The notes: generated from the letters alone by a model not told the origin. Shown: positions 27,702 to 35,555, numbered from the stretch's first letter. The stretch: 38,866 nt of DNA from Acidobacteriota bacterium (GCA_003224835.1 QHZX01000350.1:1-38866), one strand, 5' to 3'. Made by a program: numbers and translations.

Positions 27702-28943
27702 ATGAAGTGTCGTGTAATTGCTGTGCTTGGCACACGGCCCGAGGCGATCAAGCTTGCATTGGTCATTGACCAGTTACGCCGGCGCTCAGATGAGTTCGAC
27801 ACTGCGGTAATACATACCGGACAGCATCGGACAATGCTGGACAACGCTCTCCAACTTTTCAAGATCAAGCCCGACTTCGACCTTGACGTGATGCGTCCCA
27901 ACCAGACGCTCAACTCTCTTACCGTCCGCGTACTTGATACGGTCGAAAATGCCTGTCGGCGTTTCGAGCCCAACATGATGCTCGTACAAGGTGATACAAC
28001 AACTGCCTTCGCTTCCGCGCTCGCGGCCTATTACTCCAAAATTCCTGTGGGTCACGTCGAGGCCGGTTTGCGAAGCCATGATATTTACAATCCCTTTCCC
28101 GAAGAGGCCAACCGCCGATGTGTTTCGGTGCTCACCGGCATTCATTTCGCCCCGACCGCGTTATCGCGAGACAAACTTCTCGCCGAGGGTGTACCTAACG
28201 AGCAGATCGTAGTCACCGGCAATACAGTTGTTGACACCCTGCGGGCACTCAGTAATGCGCCGCACTCCTGGGAAAACACTCCCCTGCAGAACATTCCTAC
28301 AGAGGGCTACCGCTTAATTCTGGTTACTTCGCACAGGCGTGAATCCCTGGGCGCAGATCAGGAGCATATGTGCCTTGCCTTAAAAGATCTGGTAGCAAAG
28401 CATCCTGACATTCGCGTCATTTACCCAGTGCACATGAACCCAAATGTGCGCAGCACGGTAAATGCCATTTTGGAAAACACCGAGCGCATTCACCTTACTG
28501 AGCCGCTCGACTACATCACCTTTGTCAGCTTACTCAAGAAATGCTTTCTAGTACTGACTGACTCTGGCGGAATCCAGGAAGAAGCTCCGACCTTTGGCAA
28601 GCCGGTGCTGGTATTACGCCGGGTGACCGAGCGGCCAGAGGCGTCAATGTTTGGGATGTCCAAGATCATTGGAATGTCGCGCGAAAGTATTGTGAATGAG
28701 ACTTCTGCCTTACTGACCAACCAGGACACATATCTGGATATGTCGGAAGGCGACAACCCATACGGTGACGGGAGGGCGTCGGAAAGAATTGTTGAGGCGG
28801 TATCCCGGTGGTTTCAGGGCAAAACGCCACTTCTCGATGCCAGTCAGGAGTTCAAGTTACCGCCTCGGTCAGAGCAGCGCCGGCGCAAAACCGACTCCGT
28901 AGAAATACCAGTTGCAGCAGCCGCTAAAGCAGGAGGGCATTGA
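27702..28943 (+). CDS. wecB: UDP-N-acetylglucosamine 2-epimerase (non-hydrolysing), WecB/MnaA family
   Basis: From the ATG at 27702 (AAGGGG RBS at 27691-27696): MKCRVIAVLGTRPEAIKLA, HTGQHR, VQGDTTTAF, HVEAGLRS, PFPEE.NR, LTDSGGIQEEAP, GDG.AS.RI. The ORF is open from 27432, but the upstream 90 codons do not look coding. A basic/Ala-rich C-terminal tail of about 35 aa is extra. Confidence 0.9.
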   Translation: MKCRVIAVLGTRPEAIKLALVIDQLRRRSDEFDTAVIHTGQHRTMLDNALQLFKIKPDFDLDVMRPNQTLNSLTVRVLDTVENACRRFEPNMMLVQGDTTTAFASALAAYYSKIPVGHVEAGLRSHDIYNPFPEEANRRCVSVLTGIHFAPTALSRDKLLAEGVPNEQIVVTGNTVVDTLRALSNAPHSWENTPLQNIPTEGYRLILVTSHRRESLGADQEHMCLALKDLVAKHPDIRVIYPVHMNPNVRSTVNAILENTERIHLTEPLDYITFVSLLKKCFLVLTDSGGIQEEAPTFGKPVLVLRRVTERPEASMFGMSKIIGMSRESIVNETSALLTNQDTYLDMSEGDNPYGDGRASERIVEAVSRWFQGKTPLLDASQEFKLPPRSEQRRRKTDSVEIPVAAAAKAGGH

Positions 28944-28980
28944 GTCCGGTGTTTCTGTCGAGCGGCGGCACTTACATTGA

Positions 28981-30222
28981 ATGGTCTACTTACTCTACTC
29001 TATCGTTGGTGTCATATGTATTTACACCGCCCGCCATTACTGGTTCACGCTGAACCGGCTATTCGGATTTCAACGCCACCCGTACATTGATATTGATACT
29101 GCTGACTGGCCTCAAGTCACCGTTTTAGTAGCGGCTCACAACGAAGAAAAAGTCATAGCGAACATTCTATCGGCGTTAATGACCGTAAATTATCCACAAG
29201 ACAAAATGCTGGTCATGCCCGTGAATGATCGGTCTAAAGACAGAACGCGACAAATTATCGACAAGTTCGTAAAAGACTTTCCGGGTCGCATACGTCCTTT
29301 TCACCGCACCAGTGGCAAACCCGGAAAAGCGGCAGCGTTGAAAGACGCAATGGAACTGATCGCGACCGAAGTGACCCTGATCTTCGACGCTGACTATATA
29401 CCTGGCGCCGGCCTGATCAAACAATTAGTCGCGCCCTTCTTTGATCCCGAAGTAGGTGGCGTTATGGGCCGCGTTGTACCGCTGAACTGTGGCACCAATT
29501 TGCTTACACGTCTTCTCGATCTGGAACGCTCAGGTGGATACCAGGTAGATCAGCAAGCTCGCATGAATCTGCGGCTCGTGCCGCAGCATGGCGGTACTGT
29601 GGCGGGCGTCCGGCTGAGTGCGCTGCGTGAAATCGGTGGCTGGGATGACACGACTTTAACCGAAGATACCGATCTTACATATCGGCTCCTGCTTCATGGC
29701 TGGAAAACCGCCTATCAGAACCGCTCGGAGTGTTATGAAGAGGTTCCGGAAACCTGGTCCGTGCGAATCAAGCAGATCATGCGCTGGGCCAAGGGCCACA
29801 ACCAAGCAATGATGACTTACACCGTGCGCCTGCTTTTCGGAAAGCATTTAGCGACTTTCCGCGAGCGGATCGACGGCGCATTGCTTTTGGGCGTCTACAT
29901 CATGGCTCCGGTCACGATTCTCGGTTGGGTTTTTGCTTTGATCCTGTTCTACCGGGGAGTGGCGCCGTTCAACGGCATCGTCGCGCTTCTGAGTATCACG
30001 ACTTATGCAGCGGTCGGTAACTTCGCGGCGTTTTTTGAAATTGCTGCGGCCGTGCGTTTGGATGGAAATCGTAATCGTCTGGCTGTTCTGCCATTCCTTG
30101 CATTGGGTTTTGTGGTCAGCATCTTTTCCGTTTCTCGTGCTTCCATATCGCAAGTCTATGGTTACCTCACGAAGGCTGAGTTGCACTGGGACAAAACTGA
30201 ACGTTTCCGGACGGCGCCTTGA
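28981..30222 (+). CDS. Membrane-embedded processive family-2 glycosyltransferase (PgaC/IcaA/NodC-like polysaccharide synthase)
   Basis: N-terminal TM helix, VLVAAHNEEKVI, NDRSKDRT, DAD (29386-29394), GGTVAGVRLSAL, TED (29659-29667) and QIMRW (QxxRW, 29773-29787). Several C-terminal TM helices follow. Confidence 0.88.
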   Translation: MVYLLYSIVGVICIYTARHYWFTLNRLFGFQRHPYIDIDTADWPQVTVLVAAHNEEKVIANILSALMTVNYPQDKMLVMPVNDRSKDRTRQIIDKFVKDFPGRIRPFHRTSGKPGKAAALKDAMELIATEVTLIFDADYIPGAGLIKQLVAPFFDPEVGGVMGRVVPLNCGTNLLTRLLDLERSGGYQVDQQARMNLRLVPQHGGTVAGVRLSALREIGGWDDTTLTEDTDLTYRLLLHGWKTAYQNRSECYEEVPETWSVRIKQIMRWAKGHNQAMMTYTVRLLFGKHLATFRERIDGALLLGVYIMAPVTILGWVFALILFYRGVAPFNGIVALLSITTYAAVGNFAAFFEIAAAVRLDGNRNRLAVLPFLALGFVVSIFSVSRASISQVYGYLTKAELHWDKTERFRTAP

Positions 30223-30230
30223 ATACCTAC

Positions 30231-31286
30231 ATGGCGGTCGCGAGTCTCGTGATGTTGACCGGCGTCCTGCTTACGGTGCCTCTAATTCCCGCATTTAAAG
30301 AGGTGCGCCGCAAGACAGATGCTGAGCCTTTGAACGTGATCCAGCGGCACGCCGGCGACATCCGTCACTTTGCGCACAGTTTTGCCGAAGTCATACAGGA
30401 ATTGAAACCAGTGCTGGAGCGCTGTCAGCGTTCTGGCGCGGGGGCACGTGGAGTGCTGGCCGGCGGCAGCGAATACCTGGTCGTGGGGAACTCAAAGAAC
30501 ATACCAGGCCTTGTGAAACAAGGCGAAGCTTTCATGTGCTCCACAGTCGTTGCTTTCGTGGCAGAGTTTGTCTGTCCCGGATCAGTAATCTTCGGCCAAG
30601 AAATCTATGCTCACCAGCGCTTCACCGGTGGCGCACACAACCAATACCGCGCGATATTGGGAGAGAACGATGTGTCCTTGGGTCCTGCGAGCACGATATT
30701 GCGGTGGGCCCACTCCGAGAAAGTACTTACTGCCGCAGCGCGCTGTCATCTTTATGGGCGAATTTCGGCAGCGCAGCTGATCCGTGTGGAGCAAGGTTGC
30801 ACGTTTTTGCGTATCAACGCTCCGCGTATTGAGCTTGGCACTCCGCTCTCAGCAAAGGAAAGCGTAGGAGTATCGAACAACGCAGTTTCTGGCAGACACC
30901 CTGGCCGACTTCTTTATGACGGTGACTTCGAAATTCCTGCTGGCGAAATCATCCACAACAACATTGTTACTCGGGGCAGATTAGTTATTCGCGCAGGCGC
31001 GCGCGTGGAAGGAAGTGTTAAGAGTAACAAAGACATGCTCCTGGAAGACAGAGTAACTGTCGAAGGCAGCGTCATCAGTGCTGAACGGATGCTAATCGGG
31101 CGGAACTGCGTTGTTCATGGGCCTGTGATCGCGGAACGAAAAATGGTCATTCGAACTGGCACACATTGCGGTGATCCACAGGAAGCTACCACGGTCAGCT
31201 CTCCCGAAATCGAAGTTGAAGAAGGTGTGCTGATTTTTGGCACTCTTTGGGCGCGACAATCCGGCACGGTAGTGGGACGGCAATGA
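30231..31286 (+). CDS. Membrane-anchored beta-helix repeat protein (bactofilin-like; hexapeptide-repeat fold is the alternative)
   Basis: One N-terminal hydrophobic helix (AVASLVMLTGVLLTVPLIPAF). C-terminal repeats IVTRGRLVIRAGARVEGSVKSNKDMLLEDRVTVEGSVISAERMLIGRNCVVHGPVIAERKMVIRTGTHCG (about 30963-31170). An in-frame TTG at 30219 overlaps the GT2 stop (TTGA), an alternative to the ATG at 30231. Confidence 0.6.
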   Translation: MAVASLVMLTGVLLTVPLIPAFKEVRRKTDAEPLNVIQRHAGDIRHFAHSFAEVIQELKPVLERCQRSGAGARGVLAGGSEYLVVGNSKNIPGLVKQGEAFMCSTVVAFVAEFVCPGSVIFGQEIYAHQRFTGGAHNQYRAILGENDVSLGPASTILRWAHSEKVLTAAARCHLYGRISAAQLIRVEQGCTFLRINAPRIELGTPLSAKESVGVSNNAVSGRHPGRLLYDGDFEIPAGEIIHNNIVTRGRLVIRAGARVEGSVKSNKDMLLEDRVTVEGSVISAERMLIGRNCVVHGPVIAERKMVIRTGTHCGDPQEATTVSSPEIEVEEGVLIFGTLWARQSGTVVGRQ

Positions 31287-33142
31287 AGCCACGAAAGCTC
31301 ATCTACTTTGTTTCCGCGACGCTGGGCTTAGTTCTTATCGTCTCTCTGTGGGCCGTCCGCGAGCGGCTGGAGTTCAGCAGTGACCGCATGATTCTTCTTG
31401 TACCGGACGGCATGAGCCAATCGGATCCAAGAGTGACGATGTGGCTCGACGCCGCAAGTGAAGAAGGTTTGCACGTCAGTGCGGTTCACGATTCTGAGTT
31501 TCTGCGTCCTGTGTTCAGCCAGGCCAGAACCGCAGGAGTCATTCTTCCGGATTCTATTCATCAACGCGCCAGCGATGCTTTTCTTGCAAGCTTGAAAACC
31601 TTTGTCGCAGATGGTGGAAAGCTCCTGCTCGTGTACGACGCGGGCACATTGCTGCCCAACGGCGGCTACTCACCAAAACAGTCACGGCTAACTGACCTTG
31701 CCGGCGTGTCCTACAGCCTCTATGACACCCTGGGTGATAAGACGATGCAGTGGAGCGTGATCAGCGGGCTTGATAGCACTTTTGATGAACTCGAAGTCCC
31801 GCCTGGCAAGTATTATCCCTTTCGTCCTGGCGTAATGACATCGGGTGCAGCGCCATCCGATGCTCCTGCATTTCGTGAAACTGAGCTTCGTCGTTACAAG
31901 TACGGAGATCTTGAGTATCCGAGTTTTGTAACCTCGGGCACTTACGATGGCAAGGTTTTATTACATTCCAGCGCCGGCACAGTAGCGGGAGAACACCCGT
32001 ATCAAAAAGGATCGGTCCTATTCGTCAATTTGCCGCTCTCGTACTTAAAGGGCAAAACCGATGGGTTGATGTTGCACGGATTTCTTAAATACTTCGCACT
32101 GCGCACGATGGCCCTGCCTCGGATGCTCACAGTACCGGACGGCATTGGCGGACTGGTTCTGAATTGGCATGTGGATTCGAATGCATCCATTAAGCCTATG
32201 CAGGAGATAGATTCGTGGGGACTGCTGAAGCAGGGACCTTACTCCATCCATATAACAGCGGGTCCGGATTCGACGGAACCAGGCGACCACCGCGGCTTCG
32301 ACCTGGAAGGTAATTTGATCGGCCAAACATTCGTACAGAAGTATCTCGCACTGGGGTACACGATTGGCAGCCATGGCGGTTGGATTCACGACTATTTTGC
32401 TAGCCATGTTGATAAAGATGATCCCAAAAGCCTCGAGAAATACTTGGCGTTGAACAAAGCTGCACTGGAGAGAGTAACTGGCACAACGGTAGCAGAATAC
32501 TCTGCTCCGGATGGCAATCAGCCTATGTGGGTCACGCAGTGGTTGGATGCGCATGGCTTCGTCGCTTACTACTTTACCGGCGATTCAGGAATGGGACCGA
32601 CACAGGGTTACAGGTATGGAATTCGTGAAGGTCACAATATTTGGGCATTTCCCATTCTTCATTTGGATCGAGCCGCAGCCTTCGAAGAGTTCGGCGAGGA
32701 CGGATACTCGACTGACGAAGTTGAGGGATGGCTGGCGGCTATCACGAATTTTGCCACAGAGCACCACGTGGTGCGGTTGGTTTACTTCCACCCATCCGGA
32801 ATTTTGGATTATCACGATGTCATCGAACGCTGGCTTGTGATGACAGGAGCAGCACGCGACAACCACACCTTTCGCTGGTACACGATGACGCAAATAGCAA
32901 ACTTTCTCAACGATCGCAAAAACGTGCAATGGAGAACCGCCGAAAGCGATGGTGTGCTGAAGATCACGGCCTCGCATCCGCGAAATTTGGCGCATTTTGC
33001 ATGGCAAATTTCCGCAGTCCAGTACACACAGCCGCAAATTACACGTGGAAATGGCGTAGTTCAGATGGACGGCAGTAGCTGGATAGTAGTCGCACAAGCA
33101 GGCAACGAGCTGGAATTCGAAAGCCGAGTACGTCACCAATGA
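31283..33142 (+). CDS. Membrane-anchored two-domain protein, C-terminal polysaccharide-deacetylase-like (PgaB/CE4-like) domain
   Basis: The ATG at 31283 overlaps the previous stop (ATGA). One TM helix (LIYFVSATLGLVLIVSLWAV). The N-terminal domain of about 280 aa has no recognisable motif. C-terminal candidate metal/catalytic motifs are NWHVDSN (32162-32182), HGGWIH (32372-32389, the same spacing as I recall for the PgaB His pair) and YSAPDGN (32498-32518). The assignment was made by eye only. Confidence 0.5.
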   Translation: MKPRKLIYFVSATLGLVLIVSLWAVRERLEFSSDRMILLVPDGMSQSDPRVTMWLDAASEEGLHVSAVHDSEFLRPVFSQARTAGVILPDSIHQRASDAFLASLKTFVADGGKLLLVYDAGTLLPNGGYSPKQSRLTDLAGVSYSLYDTLGDKTMQWSVISGLDSTFDELEVPPGKYYPFRPGVMTSGAAPSDAPAFRETELRRYKYGDLEYPSFVTSGTYDGKVLLHSSAGTVAGEHPYQKGSVLFVNLPLSYLKGKTDGLMLHGFLKYFALRTMALPRMLTVPDGIGGLVLNWHVDSNASIKPMQEIDSWGLLKQGPYSIHITAGPDSTEPGDHRGFDLEGNLIGQTFVQKYLALGYTIGSHGGWIHDYFASHVDKDDPKSLEKYLALNKAALERVTGTTVAEYSAPDGNQPMWVTQWLDAHGFVAYYFTGDSGMGPTQGYRYGIREGHNIWAFPILHLDRAAAFEEFGEDGYSTDEVEGWLAAITNFATEHHVVRLVYFHPSGILDYHDVIERWLVMTGAARDNHTFRWYTMTQIANFLNDRKNVQWRTAESDGVLKITASHPRNLAHFAWQISAVQYTQPQITRGNGVVQMDGSSWIVVAQAGNELEFESRVRHQ

Positions 33143-34002
33143 CAACTAAAATGCAAAGCCTAACACTTCTCATGAAACTAGCGGCGGTTGTCCTCGTCGC
33201 AACGCGAGCGACCGGTCAGGTTACGTCTTCTCCTCGGCCGGAGCAAAGTTCAGCGCTTGTCGCCTCAACCGTGACGGTCGCGCCTGAAAAGCACATCTTG
33301 ACCGATTACGTGGAAATCGGCAGCAGTGCTTTTCAGCTGACAAACGGCTTTGGCCCCTGGAACGGTGGTTATGTCCGCGGCTCAGTGGCTGCGGGAAACG
33401 ACATTCTGAATGGCGAAGTTTCCGGGCAGCACGAGTTTGGGGATTCAGGCGCTTACTTCGCGATTGGCGACACTCATAACTTCGGCGCTAGCTCCTATGC
33501 TTCTCTTACACTCGGCTCCAGCGAGGGAGGCTTCTTTTTGCCGCGTCTTCGCGGAGATGCATTCTTCAGCCATAAATGGATGGCTCGAAAGCAACTCATT
33601 ACGACAGCAGGGTTTGGTTACTATGAGGCAAAAGACCCGCACCGGGACCATAGCTTCTTCGTGGGAACTACCTATTACTTCGGCAAACCGTGGATCCTGG
33701 AGGATGGAGTTCGTTTCAATGTTAGCAATCCCGGCAAGGTGTTTTCTCCTTCAGGGTTTCTGGCGCTCACACAAGGAAGAAATAAACAGCATTACGTCGT
33801 CCTCCGCTTGGGTTATGGAGAAGAAGCGTATCAGCTGATTGGGCCTGCGAGCGAGTTGAGCGACTTTCGCAGCGAGACGGCGACAGTCACATGGCGCCAG
33901 TGGATAGGCCAGAACTGGGGAATTAACTGGGTTGCGGATTATTACGGCAACCCTTACTACAAAAGGGCGGGCACGACCTTTGGGTTCTTCAAGGAGTTTT
34001 GA
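33139..34002 (+). CDS. Outer-membrane beta-barrel protein (candidate polysaccharide export porin)
   Basis: The ATG at 33139 overlaps the previous stop (ATGA). Signal peptide MTTKMQSLTLLMKLAAVVLVATRATGQ. Alternating-hydrophobic strands rich in G/Y/F. The C-terminal ...GFFKEF ends in Phe, as in typical OMP sorting signals. Confidence 0.6.
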   Translation: MTTKMQSLTLLMKLAAVVLVATRATGQVTSSPRPEQSSALVASTVTVAPEKHILTDYVEIGSSAFQLTNGFGPWNGGYVRGSVAAGNDILNGEVSGQHEFGDSGAYFAIGDTHNFGASSYASLTLGSSEGGFFLPRLRGDAFFSHKWMARKQLITTAGFGYYEAKDPHRDHSFFVGTTYYFGKPWILEDGVRFNVSNPGKVFSPSGFLALTQGRNKQHYVVLRLGYGEEAYQLIGPASELSDFRSETATVTWRQWIGQNWGINWVADYYGNPYYKRAGTTFGFFKEF

Positions 34003-34815
34003 GTGAGCAGCGTTGCGAAGAAACCAAACCTCAGCATTCCCGATCTTATCCGCTTCCGTGGGCATCGGGGCGGCATCATTCCCATGCACCGCGCTCTTGC
34101 CCGCTTGGAGTACGGCCTCGCCGAGATGTCCGGCTCTATCGCTCTCACAGTCATAATCCTGTTCACATGGCTAAAATTTATTCCGTACATATGTGTGTTC
34201 TGGCAACGAATATTTCTTCTGGGATTGCATTATCTGCCGCTATCGGCGGTATTGACCACGAGTCCCCGTCACCTCGGACGTCTGCTCCGTTTTGACCTAC
34301 CGTATTTTCAGATCGACGGAGTCCTGCCCGACCCTGTTTTGTGGGAAGTGACTTGCGCGGTTACGTTGGCCATTTTTGCAATGACATTTCTTCTTCCACC
34401 AAAACTAATTCCTTTGATCTATGCATTGCGCGGAGGGCTGTTCGTACAGTTAAGCGCCCTGGCATATTTCGCCTTTCGCGCCGCACAATTTCCCTACAGT
34501 CCCAACGACTATTTACAAGCCTTGATAATGACGGGACTTGCTTTAGTCTCGACGATTCCCATACTGTTCTGCCTCACTTACTATGTTTTCCATTTTTCTT
34601 TTTTTAAGAAAGCCTTCCTCACTGTTTTGACAATGGGTTACCTGTGCCTGTTCTTGCCGGTTCAAGTGTTGCTGCAAGCGCTTATAATTCAAAAAAGCGT
34701 GCTGTTCATGCCTGTTCTCTATCTCATCTGTGGCATGCCGCTCGATGTCCTCATCGTAGTCGCTTTGTACTCCTGGGGCATGACCTGGAAATTCACCGAA
34801 TCTGCACCGCACTGA
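34003..34815 (+). CDS. Polytopic inner-membrane protein of unknown function (about 6 TM helices)
   Basis: The GTG at 34003 directly abuts the previous TGA (34000-34002). Multiple long hydrophobic segments (IALTVIILFTWLKFIPYICVFW, VTCAVTLAIFAMTFLL, LFVQLSALAYFAF, LIMTGLALVSTIPILFCLTYYVF, MGYLCLFLPVQVLLQALII, LICGMPLDVLIVVALYSW). The start codon is uncertain. Confidence 0.6.
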   Translation: MSSVAKKPNLSIPDLIRFRGHRGGIIPMHRALARLEYGLAEMSGSIALTVIILFTWLKFIPYICVFWQRIFLLGLHYLPLSAVLTTSPRHLGRLLRFDLPYFQIDGVLPDPVLWEVTCAVTLAIFAMTFLLPPKLIPLIYALRGGLFVQLSALAYFAFRAAQFPYSPNDYLQALIMTGLALVSTIPILFCLTYYVFHFSFFKKAFLTVLTMGYLCLFLPVQVLLQALIIQKSVLFMPVLYLICGMPLDVLIVVALYSWGMTWKFTESAPH

Positions 34816-34849
34816 ACACCTCAGACCATTTAAAAGCCTGCGGCATCAT

Positions 34850-35041
34850 CACTGGAATCAATACTGGAACCAACGAAACTGCTGGCCAAGGGGACTTCTC
34901 TAGGCACCCGCCCTGGTCTCGAGTTGCTGGCCTCGGGGATATGCGATCAGTCACGACTCTGACAGTTGTGGAAAACCTGGTGGTAATGCGATAAAGTACA
35001 CGCCAGAAGATTGCCAGCTGGCTATAGAGGTCGGGCAATAG
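34850..35041 (+). pseudogene. Relic of a histidine kinase ATPase domain (N-box region), frameshifted and truncated
   Basis: The plus strand reads ...GLGDMRSVTTLTVVENLV (frame of ORF 34644-34994). After an apparent 1-nt loss in a G run at about 34981-34984 it continues NAIKYTPEDCQLAIEVGQ* (34985-35041). The restored reading VVENLV(G)NAIKYTPE..I.IEV is the HATPase_c N-box consensus. No DHp/H-box lies upstream and no G-boxes lie downstream. Confidence 0.55.
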
Positions 35042-35183
35042 CCGCTGGAGTTCCAGCTCCGCTCCGATTCTTTGACGCATGTGACGGGACCTACGATCCT
35101 GCTGCATCAACGGCAAAATTAGTTTCGCGGTTCGGTTCAATGAAATCATTTCCTCTGGGTCGCTTACCATCGAGAGGGGCTCA

Positions 35184-35507
35184 ATGAAGCGTTATGGTTC
35201 GGTCATTGGAGTGAGGCCCGAAGCACTCCAGGAATACAAGAAGTACCACTCTGAAGTTTGGCCGGAAGTCCTGGAGATGATTAGAAAGTGCAACATTCGT
35301 AATTATTCCATTTTCCTCAAAGACGACTTTCTGTTCGGATACTTGGAATACCACGGGACTGACTTCCAGGCGGACATGGCGAAAATGGCGGCTGATCCCA
35401 AGACGCAGGAGTGGTGGAAAATCATGGGGCCGATGCAACGTCCGCTCGAATCTCGCGCTAAAGGCGAATGGTGGGCGAGCATGGAAGAAGTGTTTCACCT
35501 CGATTAA
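35184..35507 (+). CDS. L-rhamnose mutarotase (RhaM) family sugar mutarotase
   Basis: 107 aa. MKRYGSVIGVRPEALQEYKKYHSEVWPEVLEMIRKCNIRNYSIFL...WWKIMGPMQ...W..MEEVFHLD matches the RhaM family from end to end. Confidence 0.85.
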   Translation: MKRYGSVIGVRPEALQEYKKYHSEVWPEVLEMIRKCNIRNYSIFLKDDFLFGYLEYHGTDFQADMAKMAADPKTQEWWKIMGPMQRPLESRAKGEWWASMEEVFHLD

Positions 35508-35555
35508 GTCATTGTGTTGCAGCGTATCTAACTCGCATGTAGCGATGGAGATCCA

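Noticed and set aside
34793-35170. 125-aa minus-strand ORF between the EPS locus and the mutarotase gene.
   Set aside because: No motif was found. The plus strand of the same region carries the histidine-kinase N-box relic, which explains the open frames better.
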